64,000 bases of DNA from Heterodontus francisci (lineage: Eukaryota): NCBI RefSeq assembly GCF_036365525.1, contig NW_027141363.1, forward strand, positions 496,001 through 560,000, in the 5' to 3' direction. The number at the start of each line of letters is the position of its first letter. The first letter of the stretch is position 1. The position numbers and the translations under genes were made by a program. Under the pieces are notes generated by a model, which ran no database searches, was not told the origin of the DNA, and saw only the letters and a program-made list of their open reading frames with translations. This document shows, piece after piece, positions 36,920 to 50,562 of the stretch.

Positions 36920-38370
36920 AGACACATGGCAGGTTAAATTCAATGCTGAGAAATGTGAAGTGATGGATTTTGGAAGGAAGACTGGGAGAGGCAATATAAA
37001 CTAAATGGTACAATGTTAAAATGGGTGCAGGAAGAGAGAGGCCTTACACATACAGGAGCTGACTGTCTCTCTCTCTCTCTCTCTCTCCCCATTTCACTCT
37101 CTCTCTTTCTCTTTCAATACCGATCCTGACTTTTCTCGGAATCCTTCTTGGTTGAATAGTTCCCTGAAATGTTTCAGTCTCACTGTTACAAGGAACAAGT
37201 CACATTTCTGTGGTATTTTCGATATCTTAATGATTCAATTTGGAGCTTGGATTGTGTCAGGTAAATGTGGTTTCTCATTCAGACATTCCTGCATTGTGGA
37301 ACTGTCAGTTATCTGTGCAGGGACAGGATATCGGGGTGTTTGAATGGAGTTGAAGATTTTGGTTGTTTGAATAGGGTGTGAATTAGATTGTGGATTGTGT
37401 CCCTGAATGTCTTTAAGCCGATGTCCTGAGAGAATGAAGTGGTTTACCAATGTCTGAATAACATCAAAGTCTTTAGACACATGAAAGAACAAGATTGGGG
37501 ACAATATACAAAAGCTGAGACAGTCAGACAACAACAGGAGGAAGGTGAATGTCTTTTACAGTTTGTAATCTGAAAGCCTGAGCTAATGACTGAAAAAGCA
37601 GGAGTTCAAATCCCACATTGGGTTCTTGTGAATTTGAATTTCTCTGAAAATAAAAAATAACTCTGGAATAATAAATCCTCCAAGTTGAAATGATTCCCTC
37701 TCACTGCTCTGACACTCATTTACCTTCAAGTAGCTTTTTCCAGTCCACTTTTTCTAAATCACCTTCCACCGGCCCAGCTTCATTCCCTAAATCTAAGTGT
37801 AAAACTGACCCATCTCTTGTTGTCCTTGCTATGTACTGGCCTGAAAAAGTTCCCCTGAATGTATATTTAGAATTCTGTGTCCTCGATACCTTTTACACTA
37901 GTCTCAGTTATCAATGCACTAGTTAGGTCTGCACTAGACCCTGTCTCTGTTTATATCACACATGGCCCTGTCTCTGCTATAAAAATGGCTTAAAAAGTGG
38001 AGAGAAAACCCTCCATTTTATACACAAGATCCGAAGAGATAGGAACAGGAGTAGGCCATTCAGCCCATTGAGCCTGTTCTGCCATTCTCTAAGATCATGA
38101 CTGATCTGATAGTGACCTTAACTCCACTTTCCTGTCTGCCCCCCATAACCCTTGACTCCCTTGTCGATCATAAATCTGTCTAACTCAGCCTTGAATATAT
38201 TCAATGATCCAACCTCCACTGCTCTCTGGGGAAGAGAATTCCAAAGTCTAATCACCCACTGAGATAAAAAAAATTCCACCCCATCTTTGTCATAAATGGG
38301 AGACCCTTTATTTTTAAACTGTGCCCCCTCGTTCTAGACTCCCCCACAAGGGGAACATCCTCCCAGCATC
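36920..38370 (-). repeat. Inverted segmental duplication, arm 2
   Basis: See 9466-10910. Confidence 0.92.
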
Positions 38371-39969
38371 CGCCCTGTAAAGTCCCCTCAGAATCTTGTA
38401 TGTTTCAGTTCCATTAGACATGAATCTATGAGTCGTTCCAAGGCTGGCGGGAGGGTTTAGGGGAGATCAGAGAGAACCCCCGACCTGGTCAGCTCTTTTC
38501 AAACAGGAAACCATCAGTACATTGGCAGTGATATTACTAAAGCCCTGAGGAAGACAGGATGAGGCCATTCGGCCCCTCCAACCTGTCCATCCCATTCACC
38601 CAGGTCATGGCTGATTTACTCCTTCTCCACATCGAGCTGTCTCGGCTCCGTAAACATTAATACCCTTTCCTAACAAATCTCTACCGGCAATCAGGAATTA
38701 ATGTCACTGCCTGTTAACACTGGGGAATTCCGTCCCTCAACCTCTCCGTCTCTCTATCTCTCATTCCTGCTTAAAGACGGTCCTTAAAACTAACCTTTTT
38801 GACCAAGCGTTTGGTCATCAACCTTAATCTCAACTTCTGTGGGTTTGGGGTCAGGTTTTGTTTTATAATGTACCCTATGTAGCACCTTTGGGACTTTTTA
38901 ATCCTCACCTTCTCCCTCACCCAGTCCGTCTCTCTCTCTCTCTCTCTCCTCCTCACCTCTGAGACAAGTATATCCATCCTTCAGTACTGAGACCAGGACT
39001 GTACACAGTACTCCAGGTGTGGGCTCACCAAACCCTGTCCCATTACAGCAAGACTTCCTCACTCTTGTACTCTAACCCCTTTGCAATAAAGGCCAACACT
39101 CCATTTGTTGTACCTGTGTGTTAACTTTCTGTGCTTTGTGTACAAGGACACCCAAATCCCTCTGAACACCAACATTTCATCGTTTCTCACCATTTGAAAA
39201 ATGTTCTGTGTTTCTATTCTTCCTGCCAAAGTGAAGAACCTCCTCACCCGACTCTCTCTCTCTCACTCCCTCAACTTGTTTCTGTCTCTCTCCCTCAGCC
39301 CATCTCTCTCTCTCTAACTCTCCCTCTCTCTCTATCTTTCTCCCCCTCACCCTGTCTCTCTCTCTCCCCCCTCACCCTTTGTGTCTCTCTCTCCCCCTCA
39401 GCCCGTCTCTCTCTCTCTCTCTCTCTCTCTCTCCCCCTCCCTCACCCCATCTCTCTATCTTTCTCTCTCTCTCTCTCTCTCTCTCCCTTAATGCATCAAT
39501 GCAGTGGATCTGATGGGGGTAGTTTGGGAGAAACTATTTCGGTAGGTTGGGGACTCTGGGACAAGTGAGCATAGTCTAAAAATTCGAGGCAGACCTTTCA
39601 GGAGTGAAGTTAGGAAACACCTCTACACACTAAAGGTGGTGTTAGTTTGGAACTGTCTTCTGTAAACGCACGTTGATGTTAAATCAATTGTTCATTTTTA
39701 AATCTGAGATTCACCTTCTCGGATGCCTTTTGGAAATTGAAATATTCTGTTGTCACTCTCTGTCCCTTAGTTATACTGTTGTTTCTGTGTTTGTGTGAGT
39801 CTGTGTATGTGTGTGTGTGTGTGTCTATGCTTGTTTCTCTCTCCTCTCTCAGAACCTCAGTAAAACTCCACATACATCAGTTTGCCATTTTAAGTCGGCT
39901 ACTTTCGGTGACACCACATCTGCAGAGGGTGCACTTCCTTATGCAGGCTGGTAACAAACCCGTATCCAC

Positions 39970-41890
39970 AGCTGGCTCCAATGTTCCCGTGAAAATTTAG
40001 TTGTTGTTCGTAGCCATTTTTCTTTCGTGAACAGTCCCTTTAAACATTTGAAGAATCTTTGCAGACGTGTGTAATTTATCAGGGAACAGGACCTGCGTGG
40101 TACCTTCCAGGCTGCTGCACACAGCTTTGCAGGAACACTGACCGACACTCTCCATCCCAATCTCTTCCTCTTTCTCTCTGGTACTCTCTCCCCATTGCTA
40201 TCCTTCCCTCTCTCTCTTATTCTCTCTCTATATCTATCCCTGTCTTTCTCACTGTTACTCTCTCCATCTGGATGGAGGAGGAGAATGAGAGGCATATACA
40301 GAGGCAGCTTTACTCTGTATCTAACCCCACACTGTACCTGCCCTGGGAGTGTTTGATAGAACAGAGAAGACAGAGATTTACTCTGTAGATAACTTGGCTT
40401 GGCAGCATTTGATGGGACCGTGTAGACAGAGCTTTACTCTGTATCCCTGGAATTAAGAAGGGTAAGGGGTGAGTTGATCAAAGTTTATAAGATAATCCTG
40501 GAAGCTGATGGGGTAGACAGAGAGAAAGTCTTCTCACTGGTTGGGGGAACCTGGGACGAGGGGCAAAGTCTAAAAATAGAAAATTAATCTAAAATTCTTT
40601 CAGGCTGAAATCGATAAACATTTCTACACACAAAGGGTGGTAGAATTTTGGAATTGTCTTCCACAAATGACCCCTCCCTATCTCTGCAATCTCCTCCAGC
40701 TCCACAATCCTCCAATATCTGTGATCCGCTAATTCTGGCCTCTTGAACATCCCCAATTTGAATCGTTCCACCATTGGTGGCCGTACCTTCAAACTGCCAA
40801 GGCCCTAACTCTGGAATTCCTTTCCTAAACCTCTCCGTCTCAGTAACTCTCTTCCCTCTTTGAAGACGCTCCCTCAATCCAAGCTCTTTGACCAGGATTT
40901 TGGTCGTCTTGCCTAATAACTCCTTAAGTGACTCGGTGCTGAATTTTAATTTTTAAATTGATTGGAGTGAGGTGTGTGTCACTGGCCAGGCCAGCATTTA
41001 TTGTCCATCCCTAATTTCCCTTGAGAAGGTGGTGGTGAGCCATGTTCTTGAACCACTGCAGTCCATGTGGGGTAGGTAGACCCACAGTGCTGTTCGGAAG
41101 GGAGTTCCAGGATTGTAACACAGTGCAATATCGTTCCAAGTCAGGATGGTGTGTGACTTTAGTTGTTGTGTGTGGCCATCTTTATCAGTGCACGGTCCCT
41201 TTAAATTTGTGATATTTTTTAACGCAGTTAGATGTAAAAGTTCTACAATCTGCCTGTCTCTGCCCATCTCTCCCTTCCTCTTTCTGCCCATCTCTCCCTC
41301 CCTCTCTCTCTCTCTGCCTCTCTGAAGACCAACATCACATATGTTTCGCTAATTACTCTCTTACTCAGTGCTGCCGCCTTCAAAGATCACTGCTCGTGAA
41401 CCTCCAGCTCCCTCTGTACCTGCACACTCTTGAGAAATATGTCATAGTGTCATCAAACAAAGTCAACATGGTTTCACGAAAGGGAAATCTCCTTTTAATC
41501 TTCTCTGCTCTGAGGAGAACAAGCCCAGCTTCTCCAGTCTATCAGTGTAACTGTAATAATCTCATCCAGGAACCGTTCCAGTAAATCTCTTCTAAACATT
41601 CACCAAAGCCTCCATGTCCTTCCAAAAGTGTGGTCCCAGAATTGGACACAATACTCCAACTGGGGACAAACTATTATTTTATGAAGGTTGAGCATCACTT
41701 CCTGACTTTTGCACTCTCGACCTCTGTTTAGAAAGCTCAGGATCCCATCTGCTTTCTTAACCCAGCAGCAAAGAGAGAAATTCTCTCCATTGACCGGTTC
41801 CATTAGACATGAATCCTTGAGTCATTCCAAGGCTGGCGGGAGGGTTTAGGGGAGACCAGAGAGAACCCTGACCTGGTCAGTTTTTATCAA
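39970..41890 (+). repeat. About 1.9-kb direct duplication (copy at about 44965-46885)
   Basis: ORF pairs 40059/45057, 40584/45582, 41396/46390. Confidence 0.85.
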
Positions 41891-42221
41891 ACAGGAAACC
41901 ATCAGTACATTGGCACCAATGGGGTGGAAGGAAGCTTCCTATCGTGATAACATTCCCAGCTGCGGATCAGTGGATACAGGGGTCAAATCCATCTCCACAC
42001 CATCCCAGTGACTGTACACTGGAGATCTGCCTCTCAATTCTGTGTAACATCTAGAGAGCTATTCAGCTGTGTGATCCATCCCACCTTTCTCTCACTACCT
42101 GTCCACCTCGCCCTCTGCCTCTCCCCCTCACTCGCTGTGTCTCTCCCTCTTTCAACACCACTTTCTCTCCCCTCTCTCTCTCCCCTCTCTCTCTCCCCTC
42201 TCTCTATCTCTCTCTCTTTGC

Positions 42222-42955
42222 AGTGTCCCACTAGTCACAGCCTGCCAACCTGAAAATGACCCATTTATTCCTACTCTCTGTTTCCTGTCCATTAACCAGT
42301 TCTCAATCCATGCCAGTATCTTCCCCCCAATCCCATGTGCTCTCATTTTGTTTACTAACCTCTTGTGTGGGATCTTATCAAAAGCTTTCTGAAAATCTAA
42401 ATCTATCACATCCACCGGTTCCCCCTTATCTATTCCGCTAGTTACGTCCTCAAAAAAACTCCAACAGGTTTGTTAAAGATGATTTCCCTTTCATAAATCC
42501 ATGTTTACTCTGACCATTCCTACCATTATTTTCGAAGTGTCTGCTTATCACATCCTTTATTATAGATTTGAGAATTTTCCCGATGACTGATGTTAGACTA
42601 ACAGGTCCGTAGTTCCCCATTTTCTCTCTCCCTCCTTTTGTAAATAGTGAGGTTACAATTGCTACCTTCCAATCTGCAGGAACCATTCCAGAGTCTATTG
42701 AATTTTGAAAGATGACCACCAATACATCAACTATCTCTACAGCCACCTCTTTCAACACTCTGGGATGTAGATCATCAGGTCCAGGGGATTTATTTACTTT
42801 CAGACCCATTCATTTGTCTCGTACTTTTTTTTACTAATATTTCTACCTTGCAGTTCATCATTGACACTAGTTCCCTGATTCTCCATTATTTCTGGGAGGT
42901 TTTCAGTATGTTCCTCTGTGTAGACAGACACAAAGTATTTGTTTAGTTTCTCTAC
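42222..42955 (-). mobile_element. Duplicate CR1 LINE RT fragment
   Basis: ORF 42450-42809 near-identical to 31602-31961. Confidence 0.85.
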
Positions 42956-42996
42956 CATTGTCCTAGGATGAGAGACTGAGTAAATTGGACCAGTAT

Positions 42997-43710
42997 TCTC
43001 TGTTACCCTCTGAATCCCAGTCTCTCCCTCTCTGTTACCCTCTGAATCCCAGTCTCTCCCTCTCTGTTACTCTCTGAATCCCAGTCTCTCCCTCTCTGTT
43101 ACCCTCTGAATCCTAGTCTCTCCCTCTCTGTTACCCTCTGAATCCCAGTCTCTCCCTCTCTGTTACCCTCTGAATCCCAGTCTCTCCCTCTCTGTTACCC
43201 TCTGAATCCCAGTCTCTCCCCCTCTGTTATCCTCTGAATCCCAGTCTCTCCCTCTCTGTTACCCTCTGAATCCCAGTCTCTCCCTCTCTGTTACCCTCTG
43301 AATCCCAGTCTCTCCCTCTCTGTTACCCTCTGAATCCCAGTCTCTCCCCCTCTGTTACACTCTGCATCCCAGTCTCTCCCTCTCTGTTACCCTCTGAATC
43401 CTAGTCTCTCCCCCTCTGTTACCCTCTGAATCCCAGTCTCTCCCCCTCTGTTATCCTCTGAATCCCAGTTTCCCCCTCTCTGTTACCCTCTGAATCCCAG
43501 TCACTCCCTCTCTGTTACCCTCTGAATCCCAGTCTCTCCCCCTCTGTTACACTCTGCATCCCAGTCTCTCCCTCGCTGTTACCCTCTGAATCCTAGTCTC
43601 TCCCCCTCTGTTACCCTCTGAATCCCAGTCTCTCCCTCTCTGTTACCCACTGAATCCCAGTCTCTGCCCCTCTGTTACCCGCTGAATCCCAGTCTCTCCC
43701 TCTCTGTTAC
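42997..43710. repeat. Second array of the same 32-bp minisatellite, about 22 copies
   Basis: Same unit and same upstream flank as 32149-32828. Confidence 0.95.
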
Positions 43711-44269
43711 CGAATCCGAACTTTATAAATGTTCAGCATAACCTCCCTGCTTTTGTACTGACTGTATACAGTGTACATTGTGGTACAGGGGTATTCCCCA
43801 GGGGTTTGGATTAGGACCACTGATCTTTTTTGATATATATTAATAACTTGGACTTGGGTTTACAGGACATAACTTCAACATTGTGCCATCTGCAATGTAA
43901 TAAACAGGGAAGGGAATAGTAGTAGATTTCAGGAGGATAGAGGCAGTCTGGTGAAATGGTCAGACACGTGGCAGGTTAACTTCAATGCTGAGAAATGTCA
44001 AATGATGCATTTTAGAAGGAAGGCTGAGGAGAAGCGATATAAACTAAACGGTACAATGTTAAAATGGGTGCAGGGACAGAGAGATCTGGGATCTCATTTG
44101 GATCACTTTTTCTATCTTAAAGATTCAATTTGGAGCGTGCAATCTGTAAATTGAATTTAGCTTCATCCTGAAAAAGTGTTAGCAAACGTGTTGGGAAATG
44201 TGTCAAAAGCTGTTTCCATTCAGACATTCCTGCATTGTGGAAGTGTGAGCGATCTCAGTGGCGCAGTGG

Positions 44270-44427
44270 AGGGCAGCACAGTGGCGCAGTGGTTAGCACC
44301 GCAGCCTCACAGCTCCAGGGACCCGGGTTCGATTCCGGGTACTGCCTGTGTGGAGTTTGCAAGTTCTCCCTGTGTCTGCGTGGGTTTTCTCCGGGTGCTC
44401 CGGTTTCCTCCCACAAGCCAAAAGACT
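44270..44427 (+). mobile_element. tRNA-derived V-SINE (HE1-like), 3'-truncated
   Basis: A box TGGCGCAGTGG, B box GGTTCGATTCC, central GTGTGGAGTTTGCA..GGGTGCTCCGGTTTCCTCCCACA. Confidence 0.85.
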
Positions 44428-47400
44428 CTGGAACGCACTGCCTGAAGAGGTGGTAGAGGCAGGGATCCACACAACATTTAAGAAGTATTTAGATGAGCAC
44501 TTGAAATGTCATAGCATACAAGACACCGGGCCAAGTGATGGAAAATGGGATTAGAATAGTTAGGTGCTTGATGGTCGGCACGGACACGATGGGCCGAAGG
44601 GCCTGTTTCTGTGCTGTATAACTCTGACTCTAACTGTCATAGTATTCAGCTGAAAATTGATCAGTTACATTGTTATTTCAGTCATTTCAGTCCATATTTA
44701 CAGTACACACGGTACCTTACTGTTGTAATAAAGTCATATAGTATTTATTCATCCCACTGGGGCAAAATTTCACTGGCTCAACATTCTCACCAAATACTAA
44801 AACATTCCAGAAAGCGAGACGCACAAATTCAACACAAGTTTCCTTTTCTGAGTCTCGCTGGTCTGTTCTGATTTTCTGTTGGGTGGCATCTGCCTAGATT
44901 TTGTGTTCTGACCTGAACCCACAAACGGATAACTCAGAGGCAGGATTATTACCCACGGAGCCACAGCTGGCTCCAATGTTCCCAGAAAATTTAGTTGCCG
45001 CGCACGGCCAGTTATATTTTGTCCCGTGCGCTGTCCCTTTACATTTTTAAGAATCTTTGCAGCCGTGTGTAATTTATCAGGGAACAGGACCTGCGTGGTA
45101 CCTTCCAGGCTGCTGCACACAGCTTTGCAGGAACACTGACCGACACTCTCCATCCCAATCTCTTCCTCTTTCTCTCTGGTACTCTCTCCCCATTGCTATC
45201 CTTCCCTCTCTCTCTTATTCTCTCTCTATATCTATCCCTGTCTTTCTCACTGTTACTCTCTCCATCTGGATGGAGGAAGAGAAAGAGAGGCATATATAGA
45301 GGCAGCTTTACTCTGTATCTAACCCCACACTGTACCTGCCCTGGGAGTGTTTGATAGAACAGAGAAGACAGAGATTTACTCTGCAGATAACCTGGCTTGG
45401 CAGCATTTGATGGGACCGTGTAGACAGAGCTTTACTCTGTATCCCTGGAATTAAGAAGGGTAAGGGGTGAGTTGATCAAAGTTTATAAGATAATCCTGGA
45501 AGCTGATGGGGTAGAGAGAGAGAAAATCTTCTCACTGGTTGGGGGAACCTGGGACGAGGGGCACAGTCTAAAAATAGAAAATTAATCTAAAATTCTTTCA
45601 GGCTGAAATCTATAAACATTTCTACACACAAAGGGTGGTAGAATTTTGGAATTGTCTTCCACAAATAACCCCTCCCTATCTCTGCAATCTCCTCCAGCTC
45701 CACAATCCTCCAATATCTGTGATCCGCTAATTCTGGCCTCTTGAACATCCCCAATTTGAATCGTTCCACCATTGGTGGCCGTACCTTCAAACTGCCAAGG
45801 CCCAAACTCTGGAATTCCTTTCCTAAACCTCTCCGTCTCACTAACTCTCTTCCCTCTTTGAAGACGCTCCCTCAATCCAAGCTCTTTGACCAGGATTTTG
45901 GTCGTCTTGCCGAATAACTCCTTAAGTGACTCGGTGCTGAATTTTAATTTGTTTGATTGGAGTGAGGTGTGTGTCACTGGCCAGGCCAGCATTTATTGTC
46001 CATCACTAATTTCCCTTGAGAAGGTGGTGGTGAGCCATGTTCTTGAACCACTGCAGTCCATGTGGGGTAGGTAGACCCACAGTGCTGTTCGGAAGGGAGT
46101 TCCAGGATTGTAACACAGTGCAATATCGTTCCAAGTCAGGATGGTGTGTGACTTTAGTTGTTGTGTGTGGCCATCTTTATCAGTGCACGGTCCCTTTAAA
46201 TTTGTGATTTCTTTTTAACACAGTTAGATGTAAAAGTTCTACAATCTGCCTGTCTCTACCCATCTCTCCCTTCCTCTTTCTGCCCATCTCTCCCTCCCTC
46301 TCTCTCTCTGCCTCTCTGAAGACCAACATCACATATGTTTCGCTAATTACTCTCTTACTCAGTGCTGCCGCCTTCAAAGATCACTGCTCGTGAACCTCCA
46401 GCTCCCTCTGTACCTGCACACTCTTGAGAAATATGTCATAGTGTCATCAAACAAAGTCAACATGGTTTCACGAAAGGGAAATCTCCTTTTAATCTTCTCT
46501 GCTCTAAGGAGAACAAGCCCAGCTTCTCCAGTCTATCAGTGTTACTGTAATAATCTCATCCAGGAACCGTTCCAGTAAATCTCTTCTATACATTCACCAA
46601 AGCCTCCATGTCCTTCCAAAAGTGTGGTCCCAGAATTGGACACAATACTCCAACTGGGGACAAACTATTATTTTATAAAGGTTGAGCATCACTTCCTGAC
46701 TTTTGCACTCTCGATCTCTGTTTATAAAGCTCAGGATCCCATCTGCTTTATTAACCCATCAGCGAAGAGAGAAATTCTCTCCATTGACTGGTTCCATTAG
46801 ACATGAATCCTTGAGTCATTCCAAGGCTGGCGGGAGGGTTTAGGGGAGACCAGAGAGAACCCTGACCTGGTCAGTTTTTATCAAACACTGTGGGAGCCAT
46901 CACACCCTCATGATATTGGTTGTGTAAATTTCATGCTGGCTTATTGGTTAATTTTAACTCTGGAATTGATAGATTCTTGTTAACCAAAAGTATTAAGAGA
47001 TAAGGGTCAAAGGTGGAATACATGGTGTTAGTTCGATCACAGATCAGCCCTGATCTCATTGAATGCTGGAACAGGGTTGAGGGGTTAAATTGCCTCCTCC
47101 TCTTCCTCTGTCCGATGTTAAATATCCTTCTTTCACTCTCAGTCACCCTCTCGGTCTGTGTCTCTCTGTTTCTCTCTTTCTCTCTCTCTCTCTCTGTTTC
47201 AGACAGTGTAGAGTGAGATTCACTCTGTATCCACCCCATGATGTTCCTGCCCTGGGAGTGTATGATGGGACAGTGTCGAGGGAAATTTACTCTGTGTCTA
47301 ACCCAACATTGTGCTTGGATTGGGAATGTTTAATGGGACAGTGTAGCTGGAGCTTTACTCTGTATCCCTGCAATTTAGAAGGTTCTGAGGTGATTTGATG

Positions 47401-49164
47401 AATGTTTTCAAGATAATATGGAAATAATAAAGATTCAATTTGGAGCTTGCAAACTGTAAATTGAATTTAGCTTCATCCTGAAAACTGGTAGCAAACGTGT
47501 TGGGAAATGTGTCAAAAGCTGTTTCCATTCAGTTAAGTTTGATGTCAATGTTTCCCCAGGATGTTGATGCTGGGGGATTCAGCGATGGGATAATGCTTTG
47601 AATGCCAAGGGGAGGTGGTTGGATTCTCTCTTGTTGCAGATGCTCATTGCCTGGCACTTGTGTGACGTGAATGTTACTTGCCACTGGTCGGCCCAAGCCT
47701 GAATGTTGTCCGGGTCTTGGTGCATGTGGCTATGGATTGCTTCATTATCTGAGGCAAATTACTGTGGATGCTGGAAATCTGGAAACCATCGAGCTGAATC
47801 ACTAACTCTGTTTCTCTCTCCACAGATGCTGCCTGACCTGCTCAGTATTTCCAGCATTTTCTGCTGGGATTTCATTATCTGAGGAGGTGCAAATGGAACT
47901 GAACACTGTGCAATCATCAGTGAACATCCCCACTTCTGACCTTACAATGGAGGGCAGGTCATTGGGGAAGCAGCTGAAGATGGTTGGGCCTCGGACACTA
48001 CCCAAAGGTTGGAGAGAGAGATATTGTTGGGGTGGATTGAAAGGGAGAATGTAAGATATATTAATTTGATATAATCCTGCAGTGATGTCCTGGGACTGAG
48101 CTGATTGACCTCCAACAACCACAACCATCTTCCTTTGTGCTCGGATTGATTCCAACCAGTGGAGTCCCACTGACTTCAATTTTACTCGGGCTCTTCGATG
48201 CCACACTCGGTCAAACGCTGCCTTGATGTTAAGGTCAGTCTCTCTTCCCAGTAGCAGACAGGAGTGAATCGTTCCCTTTCACCCGTTGTCTACTGAACAT
48301 GCTCTGCTTCTTCACAGCCTGATACAGGACTGTACACGGCCGATTAATGTAGCCCATCAAACACTCCGAGAGCAGGTTCAGCACAGCTTCGGAACAGAGT
48401 ACAGTTCCTTAAACATTCTCTCTCTGTCTTCCTCTCTCTGTCTCTCCCTCCTGCTATCTCTGACACTAGGAGAGAGACAGAGGGAGAGAGGGTTAGATAT
48501 GCAGACAGAGAGAGAGGGCTGTAGAGAGGGACAAGGTTGGAGAGAGAGAGATTGTTGGGGTGGATTGAAAGGGAGAATGTAAGATATATTAATTTGATGT
48601 AATCCTTCACTCCTGTGTACACAAACAGATAAAGATAGGTGTGTAGAGTGAAATATTGGTGGAGAGGGAGAAATGTGGATGAAGTTGGGGCCCAAGCGAC
48701 CCATTCTGATGATCCAGAAGGAAAGCACTCCATTGTAAACATCCAGCAAACTATTCCACTGTGGGAGCCATCACACTTTCATGATATTGTTGTGGAAATC
48801 TTGAAATCTATGTCCCTGGTTATTGACCCCTCTGCTAAGGGAAATGGGTCCTTCCTATCCACTCTATCTCAGCCCATCAGAGTTTCACTCTGTATCTAAC
48901 CCCGTGCTGCACCTGACCTGGGAGTGTTTGATGAGGACAGTGTAGAGGGAGCTTTACTCTGTATCTAACCCCATGCTGTATCTGTCCCGGGAGTGTTTGA
49001 TGGGGACAGTGTAGAGGGAGCTTTACTCTGTATCTAACCCCATGCTGTATCTGTCCCGGGAGTGTTTGATGGGGACAGCATTCTCCATTTTCACTCTCTT
49101 TCTGCGACTCTCTACATCTTTATCTGTCTCTCTCTTTCCCTGTACCTGGACCCCTCCCTCTGGC

Positions 49165-50529
49165 CTCTTTCTCTCTCTGAATCTGTGTGTCTCTCTCTGT
49201 GCCAGTCTGTCTCTCTCCCTCTCTGAATCTGTGTGTCTCTTTCTTTGTGCCTGTCTCCCTCACTCTCTCTCTCACAATCTGTGTGTCTCTGTCTCTGCCT
49301 GTCTCTCACTCGGTCGCTCTGAATCTGTGTGTCCCTCTCTGTGCCTGTCTCTCTCTCTGAATCTGTGTGTCTCGCTCTGTGACTGTCTCTCACTCTCTGA
49401 ATCTGTGTGTCCCTCTCTGTGCCTGTCTCTCTCTCTGAATCTGTGTGTCTCGCTCTGTGCCTGTCTCCCTCCCTCTCTCTCTCTCTCTCTGTGCCTCTCT
49501 CTCTCTCTGAATCTGTCTCTCTCTCTCGCAGAATCTGTCTCTCTTTCTAAATCTGTGTTTCTCTCTCTCACTGAACCTGTGTGTCTCTCTGTGCCTGTCT
49601 CTTTTTCTCTGAATCTGTCTCTCTCTCTCACACTCTGAATCTGTGTGTCCCTCTCTGTGCCAGTCTCTCTCTCTCTATCTGTGTGTCTCTCTCTGTGCCT
49701 GTCTCTCTCTCTCTGAATCTGTGTGTGTCTCTCTGTGCCTGTCTCTCTCTCTCTCTGAATCTGTGTTTCTCTCTCTCTCTCTGAATCTGTGTCCCTCTCT
49801 GTGCCAGTCTCTCTCTCTCTCTCTCTGTGTCTCTCTCAGTGACTGTCTCTCTCTCGCTCACTCTGAATCTGTGTGTCTCTCTCTGTGCATGTCTCTCTCT
49901 CTCTCTCTGAATCTGTGTGTGTCTCTCTGTGCCAGTCTCTCTGTCTCTCTCTCTGAATCTGTGTCTCTCTCTCTGTGACTGTCTCGATCTCTCTGAATCT
50001 GTGTGTGTCTCTCTCTGTGCATGTCTCTCTCTCTCTCTCTGAATCTGTGTGTGTCTCTCTTTGCCTGTCTCTCTGTCTCTCTCTCTGAATCTGTGTGTCT
50101 CTCTCTCTGTGACTGTCTCTCTCTCTCTGAATCTGTGTGTCTCTCTCTGTGACTGTCTCGATCTCTCTGAATCTGTGTGTGTCTCTCTCTGTGCCTGTAT
50201 CTCTCTCTGAATCTGTGTGTGTCTCTCTCTCTCTGCCTGTCTCTCTCTCTCTCTCTCTCTCTGAATCTGTGTGTCTCTTTCTGTGCCTGTCTCTCTCTCT
50301 CTCTCTCTCTGAATCTGTGTCTCGCTCTGTGACTGTCTCTCTCTCTCTCTCACTGTGTGCCTCTCTCTCTCTCTGAATCTGTCTCTCTCTCTGCCTGTCT
50401 CTCTCTCTCTCAGAATCTCTCTCTCTCGCTCTCTCTCACTCTGAATCTGTGTTTCTCTCTCTGTGCCTGTCCCTCTCTCCCTCTGAATCTCTGTGTCTCT
50501 CTGTGCCTGTCTATATCTCTCTCTCAGAA

Positions 50530-50562
<33 letters not shown>

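Noticed and set aside
44270-44345. tRNA gene
   Set aside because: A/B boxes run straight into a V-SINE body, so it is a SINE head
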